NCBI GenBank assembly: GCA_958426425.1
Contig: CATZYY010000002.1
Location: forward strand, 920-64,919
Direction of reading: 5' to 3'
DNA length: 64,000 nt
Source: an uncultured Oscillospiraceae bacterium
Lineage (GTDB): Bacteria > Bacillota > Clostridia > Oscillospirales > Oscillospiraceae
The translations under genes were made by a program, and so were the position numbers. Shown one piece after another: positions 18,829-28,132 of the stretch. Each line of letters opens with the position of its first letter. Positions within the stretch are counted from its first letter, which is position 1. Below the pieces are notes generated by a model. The model did not search any database, was not told the DNA's origin, and saw nothing but the letters and a program-made list of their open reading frames with translations.

Positions 18829-18861
18829 TCCCCCGGCTCGTAAGTTCCGAGCCGGGGGATT
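18829..18861 (-). terminator. Hairpin downstream of the PhlG-like gene
   Basis: atcccccggctcg..cgagccgggggat. Confidence 0.6.
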
Positions 18862-18964
18862 TCCGTGAGAGAAAGGTGTGTGTCGATACAGGGGTCTTAC
18901 CCCGGCCATCTGCCGATAGGTTCTGGTAAGAAGGTGTCCGCGGAACCGAGCATTCGGTTTATAT

Positions 18965-19852
18965 TTACATGGTCTCAGTCAAAAAGACATTCTTGCAGGT
19001 GTCCCAGGAATCCACGATATCGTGCTGCTTGGCGTAAATCTCCGCCAGGAAGTGGCCCAGAGTGCCGTACTCATGGAGGCAGTGCATGGACAGGCCGCGG
19101 CCGATCTGCTCCAGAGCCTTCTGGGAAATATTGGGATCCATGGTCCGCAGAGGGCCGCCCTCGCTCTTGGCCACCTTGTGGCCCACAAAGAACCAGCTGC
19201 GCACCTCGCAGCCGCCCTCAGCGGGCCGGGCATAGTGCAGGAAGCTGCTGACGAAATCCCCATCCTTGGGGCCGCTCATGGCGGTGACCAGACGGCCGCC
19301 CTCGGCCTCCATCTGGTCCAGCTGCTCCCGGGTGAAGCCGAACTCCACAGGGTCAAAGAACTTGAGCTTCTTATAGCTGTATCGGTCGGACTCATAGCCG
19401 GTGCCGTTGTCCTCCACGGCATAGAGCAGGTTGCCGTAGATCCGCTCCTTGACGGTCAGAGTGGGATCGCACATCCGCCGGAGGGTGGACTCGTCCACGA
19501 TCATCCCCAAGTGCTCCTCCGGGTCCCACAGCCGCCCCCGGATGGGATCGGCGGGCATCCAGGAAAACCACCACTCGAACATCTCCGGCGTGACATCCTT
19601 CATGAACATCTTGCCGCAGACAAACGTGGTCCGGTCCGGCATCACCTGCCAGCCCCGCTCCCTGGGCAGATCGCCCTTTGTCAGGATCCGGAACCGATCT
19701 CCGACGGCGGTGGCATTTTCCAGCCCCATGGGGCCGTTGTCGCCCAGTTCGGCCATGGCCTCGGGATTGTCGGGATAGCGTTCATAAAAGAATTTGGAAT
19801 ACCAGCGGGCATTCTCAGCCTCTGTCAGAGGGGGAGGTGCAACTCTTGCCAT
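18965..19852 (-). CDS. PhlG / phloretin hydrolase family C-C hydrolase
   Basis: TPEMFEWWFSW, LWDPEEH, VED, EVRSWF and HCLHEY motifs, including the H/E/H/E zinc-ligand pattern. Confidence 0.82.
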   Translation of the reverse strand: MARVAPPPLTEAENARWYSKFFYERYPDNPEAMAELGDNGPMGLENATAVGDRFRILTKGDLPRERGWQVMPDRTTFVCGKMFMKDVTPEMFEWWFSWMPADPIRGRLWDPEEHLGMIVDESTLRRMCDPTLTVKERIYGNLLYAVEDNGTGYESDRYSYKKLKFFDPVEFGFTREQLDQMEAEGGRLVTAMSGPKDGDFVSSFLHYARPAEGGCEVRSWFFVGHKVAKSEGGPLRTMDPNISQKALEQIGRGLSMHCLHEYGTLGHFLAEIYAKQHDIVDSWDTCKNVFLTETM

Positions 19853-19926
19853 AGCGAAAAACTCCTTTCCAATATGCCACAGATTTGTGATGTGCCTATT
19901 ATACGGCCGCTGTCAGAAAAAACGGA

Positions 19927-19986
19927 ATGTGTTCCGCAAACAAATCCACGGGCTCTTTTTCGCCAAAAGTTGTCCCCGGGACACAA
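19927..19986. promoter_or_regulatory. Two putative PucR-family operators (TTGT-N9-ACAA)
   Basis: ATGT-gttccgcaa-ACAA 19927-19943 and TTGT-ccccgggac-ACAA 19970-19986, between divergent TATAAT boxes (19898-19903 minus, 20009-20014 plus). Confidence 0.6.
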
Positions 19987-20063
19987 TGACGGAACATGGC
20001 CCCGCCGGTATAATGAGAGCATCAAACGCGCCATGAAAAACAGCGAGGAAAGGAGAATTTGCG

Positions 20064-20990
20064 GTGAAACCATTGTTTCAAACGCTGCTGCAGGTGGGCT
20101 ATGTGGTGGGGGATCTGGATCAGGCCCTGGAGGTCTTTACCCAGCAGCTGGGTGCCGGACCCTTTTTAAATGTAAAGTTCGGCTCCGTAGACGGGGACGC
20201 AGCCTTCAACGACGGAGCTCTCTCCATTGAGGACTTCCGGCTGGATGGCAAATACCTGGGAAGCTACGGCATCCGGATGGGCGCCATGCAGTTTGGCGAC
20301 ATCCAGCTGGAGCTGATCGAACCCATGGAGAACATGAGCCTGTTCCGGCAGTATCTGAATCAGCACGGCCCCGGTGCTCAGCACCTGGCCATGGAGCGCA
20401 CCGAATCCTTTGAAATGACTCTGGGCCGCATGGCGGCGGCGGGATATCCCATCGGCTCCCTGGCCAAGGTGGACCGGCAGGAGGACTGCGCCTTCGTCCG
20501 CCACGCGGAACCCCTGGGCATCGCCGTGGAACTCTATCACCGGCCGGAGGGCTACACCCATCCCGACGGCGTGCCGCCCATGGTCCATCCGGACCGGCAG
20601 CGCCACCCGGAGCCTCTGGTGGACGCCATTACAGAGGTGACCTTCGCGGTGCGGGAACTCACTCCGGTGCTGGAGCTGCTGGAGGGCAGGTACGGCATCG
20701 GCCCCTGGAATCGGGAGGGCCCCGGCCTTCACGGGGAGTGCCGGGCCGTGGGACAGTCCCTGGGCGTCAGGGTGGAGCTGGTGCAGCCCCCCGCAGACCC
20801 GGAAGACGCCATGTACCAGTTCCTGCGTGACAACGGCGGCAACGGCATTTTCAGCATCACCTTCTCTGCCCCAAAGGGTGTGCAGGCTGTACTGGAGGCG
20901 GTGAACCGGCCGGCGGTGTTTGGAAATGCGCACGCTGCGCTGGTGGACTTCCGGGATATTTTCGGAACGTATTTCAAGTTCGCAGGCTAA
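20064..20990 (+). CDS. Tandem VOC (glyoxalase / methylmalonyl-CoA epimerase-like) protein
   Basis: QVGYVVGDLD, LELIEP, HGPGAQHLA, and a second copy FAVREL..VELVQP..FLRDNGG.GI. Confidence 0.82.
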   Translation: MKPLFQTLLQVGYVVGDLDQALEVFTQQLGAGPFLNVKFGSVDGDAAFNDGALSIEDFRLDGKYLGSYGIRMGAMQFGDIQLELIEPMENMSLFRQYLNQHGPGAQHLAMERTESFEMTLGRMAAAGYPIGSLAKVDRQEDCAFVRHAEPLGIAVELYHRPEGYTHPDGVPPMVHPDRQRHPEPLVDAITEVTFAVRELTPVLELLEGRYGIGPWNREGPGLHGECRAVGQSLGVRVELVQPPADPEDAMYQFLRDNGGNGIFSITFSAPKGVQAVLEAVNRPAVFGNAHAALVDFRDIFGTYFKFAG

Positions 20991-21023
20991 GTGTCGTTTT
21001 GTGGAGGAAAGGAGAACATCCAA

Positions 21024-22334
21024 ATGGAAAATCAGCGGGGAATGAACCTTGCCAGCGCGAAATTCGGTCCCAAGGGTTGGGCGCTGTGCGTCTACATGTT
21101 TTTTATCTTTTACCTGAACACCAGTATGAACACCGGCTGGCAGAACTGCCTGACCTACTGGGAGCAGACCTATGGCTGGGCCACTGACACGCTGCTGAGT
21201 CTGGTCTCCGTGGCGCAGTTTGTCGGCATCGCCGCCTGCTTTGTAACAGGCCGCCTGGCCCTGAAGACCTCTCCCCGACTGCTGGCCATTGTGTGGGGCG
21301 TTGTGGTCACGGCCAGCTGCTTCTGCATCAACATGGTGCACAACATGGTCCTTTTCGGCATCGTGGAGTGCGTGGCCATCATGGGCCAGGTGGTGTGGGC
21401 CTACACCCTGAACCCCATCTTTGTCTCCAGCTGGTTCCCCCGGAAGAAGGGCGTGGTCATGGGCATTACCACCATCGGCGTGCCTCTGGGCGCCGGCACC
21501 ACTTCCAAGATCATGAACTGGATCGGCGCCAACTGGGGGCTCAACTACTGTCTGACCTTTGTGGGCCTCATCGGCCTGGTAGGCCTGGTGCTGCTGATCT
21601 TCGTGGTGCGGGATACCCCGGAGGAAGCTGGCTGCAAGCCCGACAATGACGACTCCCTCACCAGTGAGGATGTCCGCCGCATGGCCGCCGAGGCCCGGGA
21701 GCAGGATATGAAGAGCCCCTGGACCACCGGCCGGATGCTGCGCCTGCCTCAGACCTACATCATCGCCATCACCATGGGCTGCGGCGCCCTCTTCGGCGGC
21801 GGCGTCATGGGCACGGCCGTCATCGGTATGCTCTCCCGGGGCTATGAGACCGGCACCGCGGTGAATCTGATGCTGCTGTCCGCCGGCTGCGCCTGCGTGT
21901 TCAGCTACATCTTCGGCGTGATCGACGCCAAGTTCGGCGCCCGCATGGGTGAGATCGGCGTGTTCATCTGCGCCATCGGCGCTTCCCTGTGCCTGATGCT
22001 GGGCGCCAGTATGCCCATGCAGGTGCTGGGCATGGTCCTGACCGGCGCGGTGACCGGCGGCGCCGCCAACTTCTGCACCTCTCTGGTCATTGAGTACTGG
22101 GGTCCCGCCAACTTCAAGCGGGCCTACGGCGTCATCTATCCCATCCATCAGATTCCCGGCTCCATGGGCACCCTCTTCATCGTACAGATCGCCGCCCGGT
22201 TCGGCGGCTACACAGTGGCATACGGTGCCATGGCGGCAGCCATGGTTTTGGCCATGGTAGTCTTCATGATCTGCACCAGCAAGGGCGGCATCTTTGTTAA
22301 GAAGGCCGAGGAAAAGTGGGGCATTGCAAAATAA
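21024..22334 (+). CDS. MFS transporter
   Basis: About 12 TMs, SWFPRKKGVVMG, GVIDAKFGAR; AAAGGAG RBS. Confidence 0.9.
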   Translation: MENQRGMNLASAKFGPKGWALCVYMFFIFYLNTSMNTGWQNCLTYWEQTYGWATDTLLSLVSVAQFVGIAACFVTGRLALKTSPRLLAIVWGVVVTASCFCINMVHNMVLFGIVECVAIMGQVVWAYTLNPIFVSSWFPRKKGVVMGITTIGVPLGAGTTSKIMNWIGANWGLNYCLTFVGLIGLVGLVLLIFVVRDTPEEAGCKPDNDDSLTSEDVRRMAAEAREQDMKSPWTTGRMLRLPQTYIIAITMGCGALFGGGVMGTAVIGMLSRGYETGTAVNLMLLSAGCACVFSYIFGVIDAKFGARMGEIGVFICAIGASLCLMLGASMPMQVLGMVLTGAVTGGAANFCTSLVIEYWGPANFKRAYGVIYPIHQIPGSMGTLFIVQIAARFGGYTVAYGAMAAAMVLAMVVFMICTSKGGIFVKKAEEKWGIAK

Positions 22335-22397
22335 ACTGCTTGCCGGGAGGCCGCCGTTCTGCCACGGCGGCCTCCGCTATATGAAAAGGAGGACCAT

Positions 22398-22643
22398 ATG
22401 CAGATCGAACACGGACTGGTTCCGGACAAGCCCGGCATGGAGGAGAGCTACACCATCATCCCGGACACCATGCGGATGAATCCCAAATGCCCCTGCCTGA
22501 CAAGGACCTGCCCCAACCACGGATTTTGTCAGTACTGCGTCAAGCATCACGCCCACATTGACGTGATGCTTGCGGAAAAGGGAATTCCCCCGGAGGGCCC
22601 CTATTGCCGCCGGGACGTGTGCGGAAAGGAGCGTTGTCTTTGA
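22398..22643 (+). CDS. Small Cys/His-rich putative metal-binding protein (DUF6485-like)
   Basis: CPC-x4-CPNHGFC-x2-C-x2-HH..PYC; AGGAGG RBS. Confidence 0.75.
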   Translation: MQIEHGLVPDKPGMEESYTIIPDTMRMNPKCPCLTRTCPNHGFCQYCVKHHAHIDVMLAEKGIPPEGPYCRRDVCGKERCL

Positions 22644-23494
22644 AACTGCGGGAATTGGAAATTGGAAGTCGGGTACAGGACCCGCTTCATGGGCTGATGT
22701 TCCTGGTGGCGGCCCAGAATCATCCCGGCTACGGAGGCACCACACTGCTGGCGGAAAAGCTGGTGGAGCTGGGCTGCCTGGACGCGGCGGAGCCCACGTC
22801 CCAGAAGGACCCTTGGCATCAGGCCCTGCTCTACGGCAACAATGACTACGGCCTATCCAATCTGCACCGCTGGCTCAATGCCCGGGGCACGGACTGGTAT
22901 CAGCCCACCCACAGTGAGGACGCGCCGCCCCGGACGGACAACACCCGTTACGGCGAGGTGGGCTATGAAAGACGCAGGGGCTTTCTGGACTGGATCAGCC
23001 CTCAGAGCCGGGAGGCCCTCCTGGAGGTGGACATTCCCTGCCTGTGCCGCACAGCGCGGCGGGACCAGGGGGAGCTTCGGACCATCCGGGGCCGGGTGTT
23101 CCTACCCAGCCGCACAGAGCTGGGCAAAGGGGATGAGCATGGTGCGGCTGAGGGGACCATCTTCCCCCTCGCCTATGACCCCACCTCCTACAAGACCACG
23201 CTCACCGACGACATGCTGCTCAAATACGGCCGCAGCATCAACCCCGCCCGTCCCTCCGCCGCCTACGACGCCCCCCAGATCTATGACCCCAAGTACGGCT
23301 GGTGGTACTGGCTGCGGACGGCCAATATGGGGTACGACTTCCTGACCCGGGTAGCCAGTGCCTACGGCGCCCTGAGCTATACCTATGCCAACAATGATTC
23401 CGTGGGCATCCGGCCGGTCATGAATCTGGACGGAGAGGTGGAAGTAGTCAGCAACCGAAAATTTGCAGAGATCTTTCAAATCGTGGATCGGTAA
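22640..23494 (+). CDS. DUF6273-like protein
   Basis: GNNDY..SNLHRWLN, RVFLPS..E, WYWLRT..GIRPVMNL; TTG start overlapping upstream stop, AAAGGAG RBS. Confidence 0.72.
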   Translation: MKLRELEIGSRVQDPLHGLMFLVAAQNHPGYGGTTLLAEKLVELGCLDAAEPTSQKDPWHQALLYGNNDYGLSNLHRWLNARGTDWYQPTHSEDAPPRTDNTRYGEVGYERRRGFLDWISPQSREALLEVDIPCLCRTARRDQGELRTIRGRVFLPSRTELGKGDEHGAAEGTIFPLAYDPTSYKTTLTDDMLLKYGRSINPARPSAAYDAPQIYDPKYGWWYWLRTANMGYDFLTRVASAYGALSYTYANNDSVGIRPVMNLDGEVEVVSNRKFAEIFQIVDR

Positions 23495-23746
23495 GCGCCG
23501 CAGCCCCTTTCACACCTAGGAAAAGGATGGCTGTCTATGGACAAAATTTCTTGGAACCACATCAGACAAAGATGGCCCTCCGGAAAGCGCTGGACAGCGG
23601 CTCCGCCGCTGTCCTGTGCTTTCCCCGGCCTCTCCTGGACGTCCATCTGCTGTTGGGGCGAACACGGCACAGCCGTTCCCGTCAGCATTTTCCCCGGATA
23701 ACAGACGCCGGGGATACCGCACATGGCCGCAAATCCCCAGACAGAG

Positions 23747-23790
23747 CGCCGGAGGTTCCCGCGCCTATAGGCGCGGGAACCTCCGGTGCC
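23747..23790. terminator. Long hairpin between convergent transcripts
   Basis: ccggaggttcccgcgcc-tata-ggcgcgggaacctccgg. Confidence 0.7.
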
Positions 23791-23799
23791 GCGGTATTT

Positions 23800-25425
23800 T
23801 CACTTTTCCGACAGCGTTTCCGCCTGCCGCTGCTCTATGCGCTCTTGTTCCTTCCACGCAAGCTTGCTCCGCTCCGGCCGGTAGATCCCCAGATACATCA
23901 AAATCCGGTAGGACAGGAGCAGCAAAAATTTATCCCAGCTGCCCGAGAGGTCGTTGCCCATGATCTCCCGAATGCGGTTCATCCGATAGGCCAAGGTATT
24001 TTTGTGAATATACAATGCCGCCGCGGTCTTTTGCATGTTTTCCGCGTTTTCCAGATATTCAAACAGGGTGTTCATCAAATCCGCGTCGTTCTTCCGGTCA
24101 TGCTCCAGCAAAAGCAGCAGCATGGGGGAGCAGAAGTTCATCAGATCCGTCTGCTGGCGGCACAGTTCCAGCATAGCAATAAAGGCGTAATCCTGGTAAA
24201 AGAACAGAGGACGGTAGGTGTTTTCCTTGGGAATCCGCAGGCCGAAGCGGATGGCCTCCAGAGCCTGCTGATAATAGCGGCGAACCTCCGCCAAACCATG
24301 AAAGGCGTTGCTGATACCCACTGCCAGATGGTTGGCCTCCGCCTGGGTGCGCAGCATATTCAGCACATAGTCCCCCAGTTCCTCGCCCTCTCCCCTGGTA
24401 AAGAGAATGACAAAGCGGCGCTGATAGGTGACCTGCATGGTGTTGTACAGGATGCTCCTCAGCTGATTTTCCAGGACATCATACCGCACTCCCGGTGCCG
24501 GGTCCGAAGGGAACTGAAACACCGCCACGAAAAACCGGGCCTTGGGAGAAAAATGAAGCCGGGAGAGCTGCCGGGTAACCATGGCCGGCACCGGCTGCGG
24601 ATCGTCCAGCAGCTGCCCCAGAAAGTACCCGGCCTTGCGGTCGGCATTTTGCAGGAAGTACTCGTTTTTCTGCATCTCCCGGGCAATGATTTTGGCCAGC
24701 TCGCCAAAGCAGTCCAGATCATCCATGGAGAACGGACTGCGCACCTCGATCATGGCAAGCGTAGCTGCCTCAATGGTGCCGACCCGAATGGACGTCATCA
24801 CCGCTGTGCGCTCCAAATAGGCGTTATAGTAGACAAACGGGGCGGAATTGTCCGCAGCCCGGCGGGAAATCCCGCTGCGCTCCATAAGCGTAACACCCTC
24901 GTCTCCCACAATTCCCGCCTCCAGGTCCGCTCTGGTCCGCGCGGCGTACACGCTCCCCTCACCCGCTTCCACCATGGGACAGGCAGCCAGAAAGCGGTGG
25001 TCGGTCCCCACCAAAAAGATAGGGTTGCCCAGAAGGCCGGCCGCCTGGTCCACCAGATTCTGCAGCTCTTCCCCTGTGAGCGGGCCGGAAATCAAGCCGT
25101 TGAAGATAGCGGTCATCTGCTGGCGCTTGAGCAAGCTTCCCTGCAGCTGGTTGAAAAGGACAGGGCCCATGGACGGATCGGACAACACGGCAATGTTCCC
25201 CCGATCCGGGAGAGCCCCATCCCAGGACCACAGCAGGATATTAAAACCGGAACCCTCCGGCAGTTGTGAGAAATTTCCCACGCCTACATACAGACAATTT
25301 TCCTGAAAATCCCGTTGTTGAGGAAGCAGCATCATGATTTCAGTAATTTCTGTATCCGGCGCATGCAGCTGCATGGCCCGGAATGTCTGAGACGGCAGGG
25401 AGCAAAGCAATTTAGAGATCGTCAT
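23800..25425 (-). CDS. PucR/CdaR family transcriptional regulator
   Basis: VGISN.F, Y.QA..A, L..TL..YL, TAAALYIHKNTL.YR HTH. Confidence 0.92.
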   Translation of the reverse strand: MTISKLLCSLPSQTFRAMQLHAPDTEITEIMMLLPQQRDFQENCLYVGVGNFSQLPEGSGFNILLWSWDGALPDRGNIAVLSDPSMGPVLFNQLQGSLLKRQQMTAIFNGLISGPLTGEELQNLVDQAAGLLGNPIFLVGTDHRFLAACPMVEAGEGSVYAARTRADLEAGIVGDEGVTLMERSGISRRAADNSAPFVYYNAYLERTAVMTSIRVGTIEAATLAMIEVRSPFSMDDLDCFGELAKIIAREMQKNEYFLQNADRKAGYFLGQLLDDPQPVPAMVTRQLSRLHFSPKARFFVAVFQFPSDPAPGVRYDVLENQLRSILYNTMQVTYQRRFVILFTRGEGEELGDYVLNMLRTQAEANHLAVGISNAFHGLAEVRRYYQQALEAIRFGLRIPKENTYRPLFFYQDYAFIAMLELCRQQTDLMNFCSPMLLLLLEHDRKNDADLMNTLFEYLENAENMQKTAAALYIHKNTLAYRMNRIREIMGNDLSGSWDKFLLLLSYRILMYLGIYRPERSKLAWKEQERIEQRQAETLSEK

Positions 25426-25697
25426 ATCCTCACCATATACGTCAAAAAACTTAAATCACAGTTCCGATCCTTCTCCGGCGGAAACACTTTTCGCCTTTAT
25501 TTTACAAAATCAAACCGGAATTGTCAAAACGATTACCTATCATTTTATAAATGGCAGCCGACAAAACAGGCGGCAACGCGGTTCCTATCCCATCCAACGT
25601 CATCACTTTCGCCTAGATGTACCGGCCTCTTTACGGGCCGCTTCTTTACAAACGCCGGAAAATGCCGTATTCTGGATACTGGAGAGGGGGCGATTTT

Positions 25698-27227
25698 GTG
25701 GACGACCGGAAAACCGAACGCCGACTGTGGAAACACGCCGGCGGTGTGTTTGCCCTGGTGCTGGCGGCGGGGCTGTTGCTGACCGCCTACATGGAGCGAG
25801 CCGGGATTCGGCAGGAGCGGGACCGGATGTCCCACATCGCCCAGTCCGTAGGCGCCGAGACCTATGAAACGCTGCTCTCCGAAATGGGCAAGACCCGTGT
25901 ACTGGAAGCCTATCTGATTCAGACCGGCGGCTCCTATGAGGGCTTTGAAAAGGTGGCCCCCATTCTGCTGCGGGAGGATTTCGTGCGGAATGTGCTGTTC
26001 GCCCCCGGCGGTGTGGTGGAGGCGGTGTATCCCATGGCAGGCAACGAGGGGGCCGTGGGACTAGACATGAATCAGGAGGGCGCCGGCAATCTGGAAGCCC
26101 AGGCCGCCATGGAAAAGGGGGAACTGTACATTGCCGGCCCCTTTGAGCTGATTCAGGGCGGCATGGGCATTGCCGGGCGGCTGCCGGTGTACCTGGAGGA
26201 CGAGAGTGGACGGCGAGCCTTCTGGGGCATTGTCTCTGTGACGCTGGACTTCCCGCAGGTCCTCTCCGGCAGTCCCGTAGAGCGGGTGGCCGACCAGGGC
26301 TTTGCCTGCGAGGTCTGGCGAATCAATCCGGACACCAGAGAGCGGCAGACCATCCTGATGTCTGAGAACGCCCCCCGCCTGGGGTGGCAGTCCGTGTCCT
26401 ATCAGCAGGAGCTGTTCAACGCCGACTGGACCATCACCCTCTCCCCGCTGCGGCCCTGGTACGCCCGGCCCAGCCTGTGGCTGTATTCAGCCATCGCGGT
26501 ACTGTTGAGCCTTCTTGCGGCCGTGGTGACTTACAATCTGGAGCGGGTGCGCCTTATGCGGGCGGAGGCTGACCGGCGGGCGATTCTCCAACTGCAGACC
26601 CAGCTGGAGCATGAGCAGACCGATATGCTGCTCAGTCAGATCCGCTCCCACTTTTTCTATCACACCCTCAACTCCCTTCAGGCGCTGATTGTTCTGCGGC
26701 CTGGCGAGGCCTACAAGATGGCCGGCGATTTTGCCCGGTATCTGCGCTTCACCCTGGATGCCGCCACCGCCGCCGGCGGCATGGGCTCTTTTAAAGAGGA
26801 ACTGCGGGCGGTGCGGGCCTACGCGGACATCAGCCAGGCCCAGCTGGGCAGCCGGCTGACCATGGTCTACCATGTATCTTCTGAGGCGGACTTCCCCCTG
26901 CCGGTGCTGACTATCCAGCCGGTGGTGGAAAACGCCATTCTTCACGGCATTAAGCCCAAGGTGGGCGGCGGCACCGTTACCGTATCCCTGGAGGAAACCG
27001 ACGACCGCTGGCTGGTCACCGTGGCCGACGATGGCCTGGGCTTTGATCCCGCCGCCCCGGCGCCGGAGGAGCCCATCGGTCTGAACAACGTGCGCCGGCG
27101 GCTGAGCCGGTTCCCGGGCTGCGGCATCGAGATTTTCAGTGCGCCGGGCCGGGGTACCCGGGTGGTTCTGTCTTATCCGAAGACCTCAGTCAAAAAATTG
27201 GCAAATTCTATACAGCTTTCACAATGA
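25698..27227 (+). CDS. CHASE-domain sensor histidine kinase (LytS/YesM-type kinase core)
   Basis: TM, VYP..GNE.AVGLD, GPFELIQGG.G..GRLPVY, FWG.VSV, TM, SQIRSHF, QPVVENAILHG, DDGLGF, IGL.NV. Confidence 0.85.
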   Translation: MDDRKTERRLWKHAGGVFALVLAAGLLLTAYMERAGIRQERDRMSHIAQSVGAETYETLLSEMGKTRVLEAYLIQTGGSYEGFEKVAPILLREDFVRNVLFAPGGVVEAVYPMAGNEGAVGLDMNQEGAGNLEAQAAMEKGELYIAGPFELIQGGMGIAGRLPVYLEDESGRRAFWGIVSVTLDFPQVLSGSPVERVADQGFACEVWRINPDTRERQTILMSENAPRLGWQSVSYQQELFNADWTITLSPLRPWYARPSLWLYSAIAVLLSLLAAVVTYNLERVRLMRAEADRRAILQLQTQLEHEQTDMLLSQIRSHFFYHTLNSLQALIVLRPGEAYKMAGDFARYLRFTLDAATAAGGMGSFKEELRAVRAYADISQAQLGSRLTMVYHVSSEADFPLPVLTIQPVVENAILHGIKPKVGGGTVTVSLEETDDRWLVTVADDGLGFDPAAPAPEEPIGLNNVRRRLSRFPGCGIEIFSAPGRGTRVVLSYPKTSVKKLANSIQLSQ

Positions 27228-27290
27228 AGCGTACGGTTCCCGTACGCTTCATTTGTTATAATGTACACACAAAGAGGGAGGTGAGGCGCC

Positions 27291-28118
27291 TTGAAGACCA
27301 TCCTGGTGGACGACATGCTGCTGGACCTGCAGCTGTTTGAGCTCAAATGCGCCGATATGCCGGATTTCGAAATCGTGGGGAAATTCACGGACCCGGACCA
27401 GGCCATCGCCTACGCCTCCGGCCATGTGGTGGACTTTGCCCTGCTGGACATCGACATGCCCGGAATGAACGGTATGGAGCTGGCCCAGCGGCTGCGGAAG
27501 ATCCGCGGGGACATCATCATTGTCTTTGCCACCGCCCACCCCAAATTCGCCGTGGACGCGCTGCGGATGAAGGCGGACTACATGATCTTCAAGCCCTTTG
27601 ACCGGGAGGACATCGCCGACGTGCTGGAGCGGGCCAAACTGCTGCGCCGCCGCCAGCACAAGCGGTTTTACTTCCGCACCTTCGGGGCCTTTGACATGCT
27701 GGTGGATGAGGAGCCGGTGCGGTTCCGCTCCGCCAAGGCCAAGGAGCTGATGGCCCTGTGCCTGTACCGCCAGGGCTGTCCCGTGTCCATCCACGAGATC
27801 GTGGAGTGCCTCTGGGGCGAGGAGACCGCCGGCGCCGACAGCACCGGCTACCGCCGCACCATCAAGGAGCTGACGGACACCCTGCGGGACTGTGCCGCCG
27901 AGGAGCTGATCCTCCGGGCCAGGGGAAGCCTTCAGCTGCGGCTGGAGCTGGTAGATTCCGACTACCAGCGCTTTTTGGACGGAGACGAGGACGCCATCTG
28001 CCAGTTCCAGGGGGACTTTCTCAGGCAGTACTCCTGGGCAGAGCCCATGATCTACACGTTACAGGAGAAAAAGCAGTTGATGCTCGCCCGCCTGTCCCGG
28101 CGGGGCGAAGACTCATAA
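27291..28118 (+). CDS. Response regulator with winged-helix (SARP-like) output
   Basis: ILVDD, LLDIDMP.MNG, KP; RTFG.FD, F.S.KAKEL; TTG start. Confidence 0.9.
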   Translation: MKTILVDDMLLDLQLFELKCADMPDFEIVGKFTDPDQAIAYASGHVVDFALLDIDMPGMNGMELAQRLRKIRGDIIIVFATAHPKFAVDALRMKADYMIFKPFDREDIADVLERAKLLRRRQHKRFYFRTFGAFDMLVDEEPVRFRSAKAKELMALCLYRQGCPVSIHEIVECLWGEETAGADSTGYRRTIKELTDTLRDCAAEELILRARGSLQLRLELVDSDYQRFLDGDEDAICQFQGDFLRQYSWAEPMIYTLQEKKQLMLARLSRRGEDS

Positions 28119-28132
28119 AGGAGGGATGGAAC

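Noticed and set aside
23300..23494. Active diversity-generating retroelement
   Set aside because: No reverse transcriptase, Avd or template repeat seen in the window
23527..23702. Small ORF after the DUF6273 gene
   Set aside because: An RBS-like sequence exists, but neither frame gives a recognisable protein; at most a gene remnant
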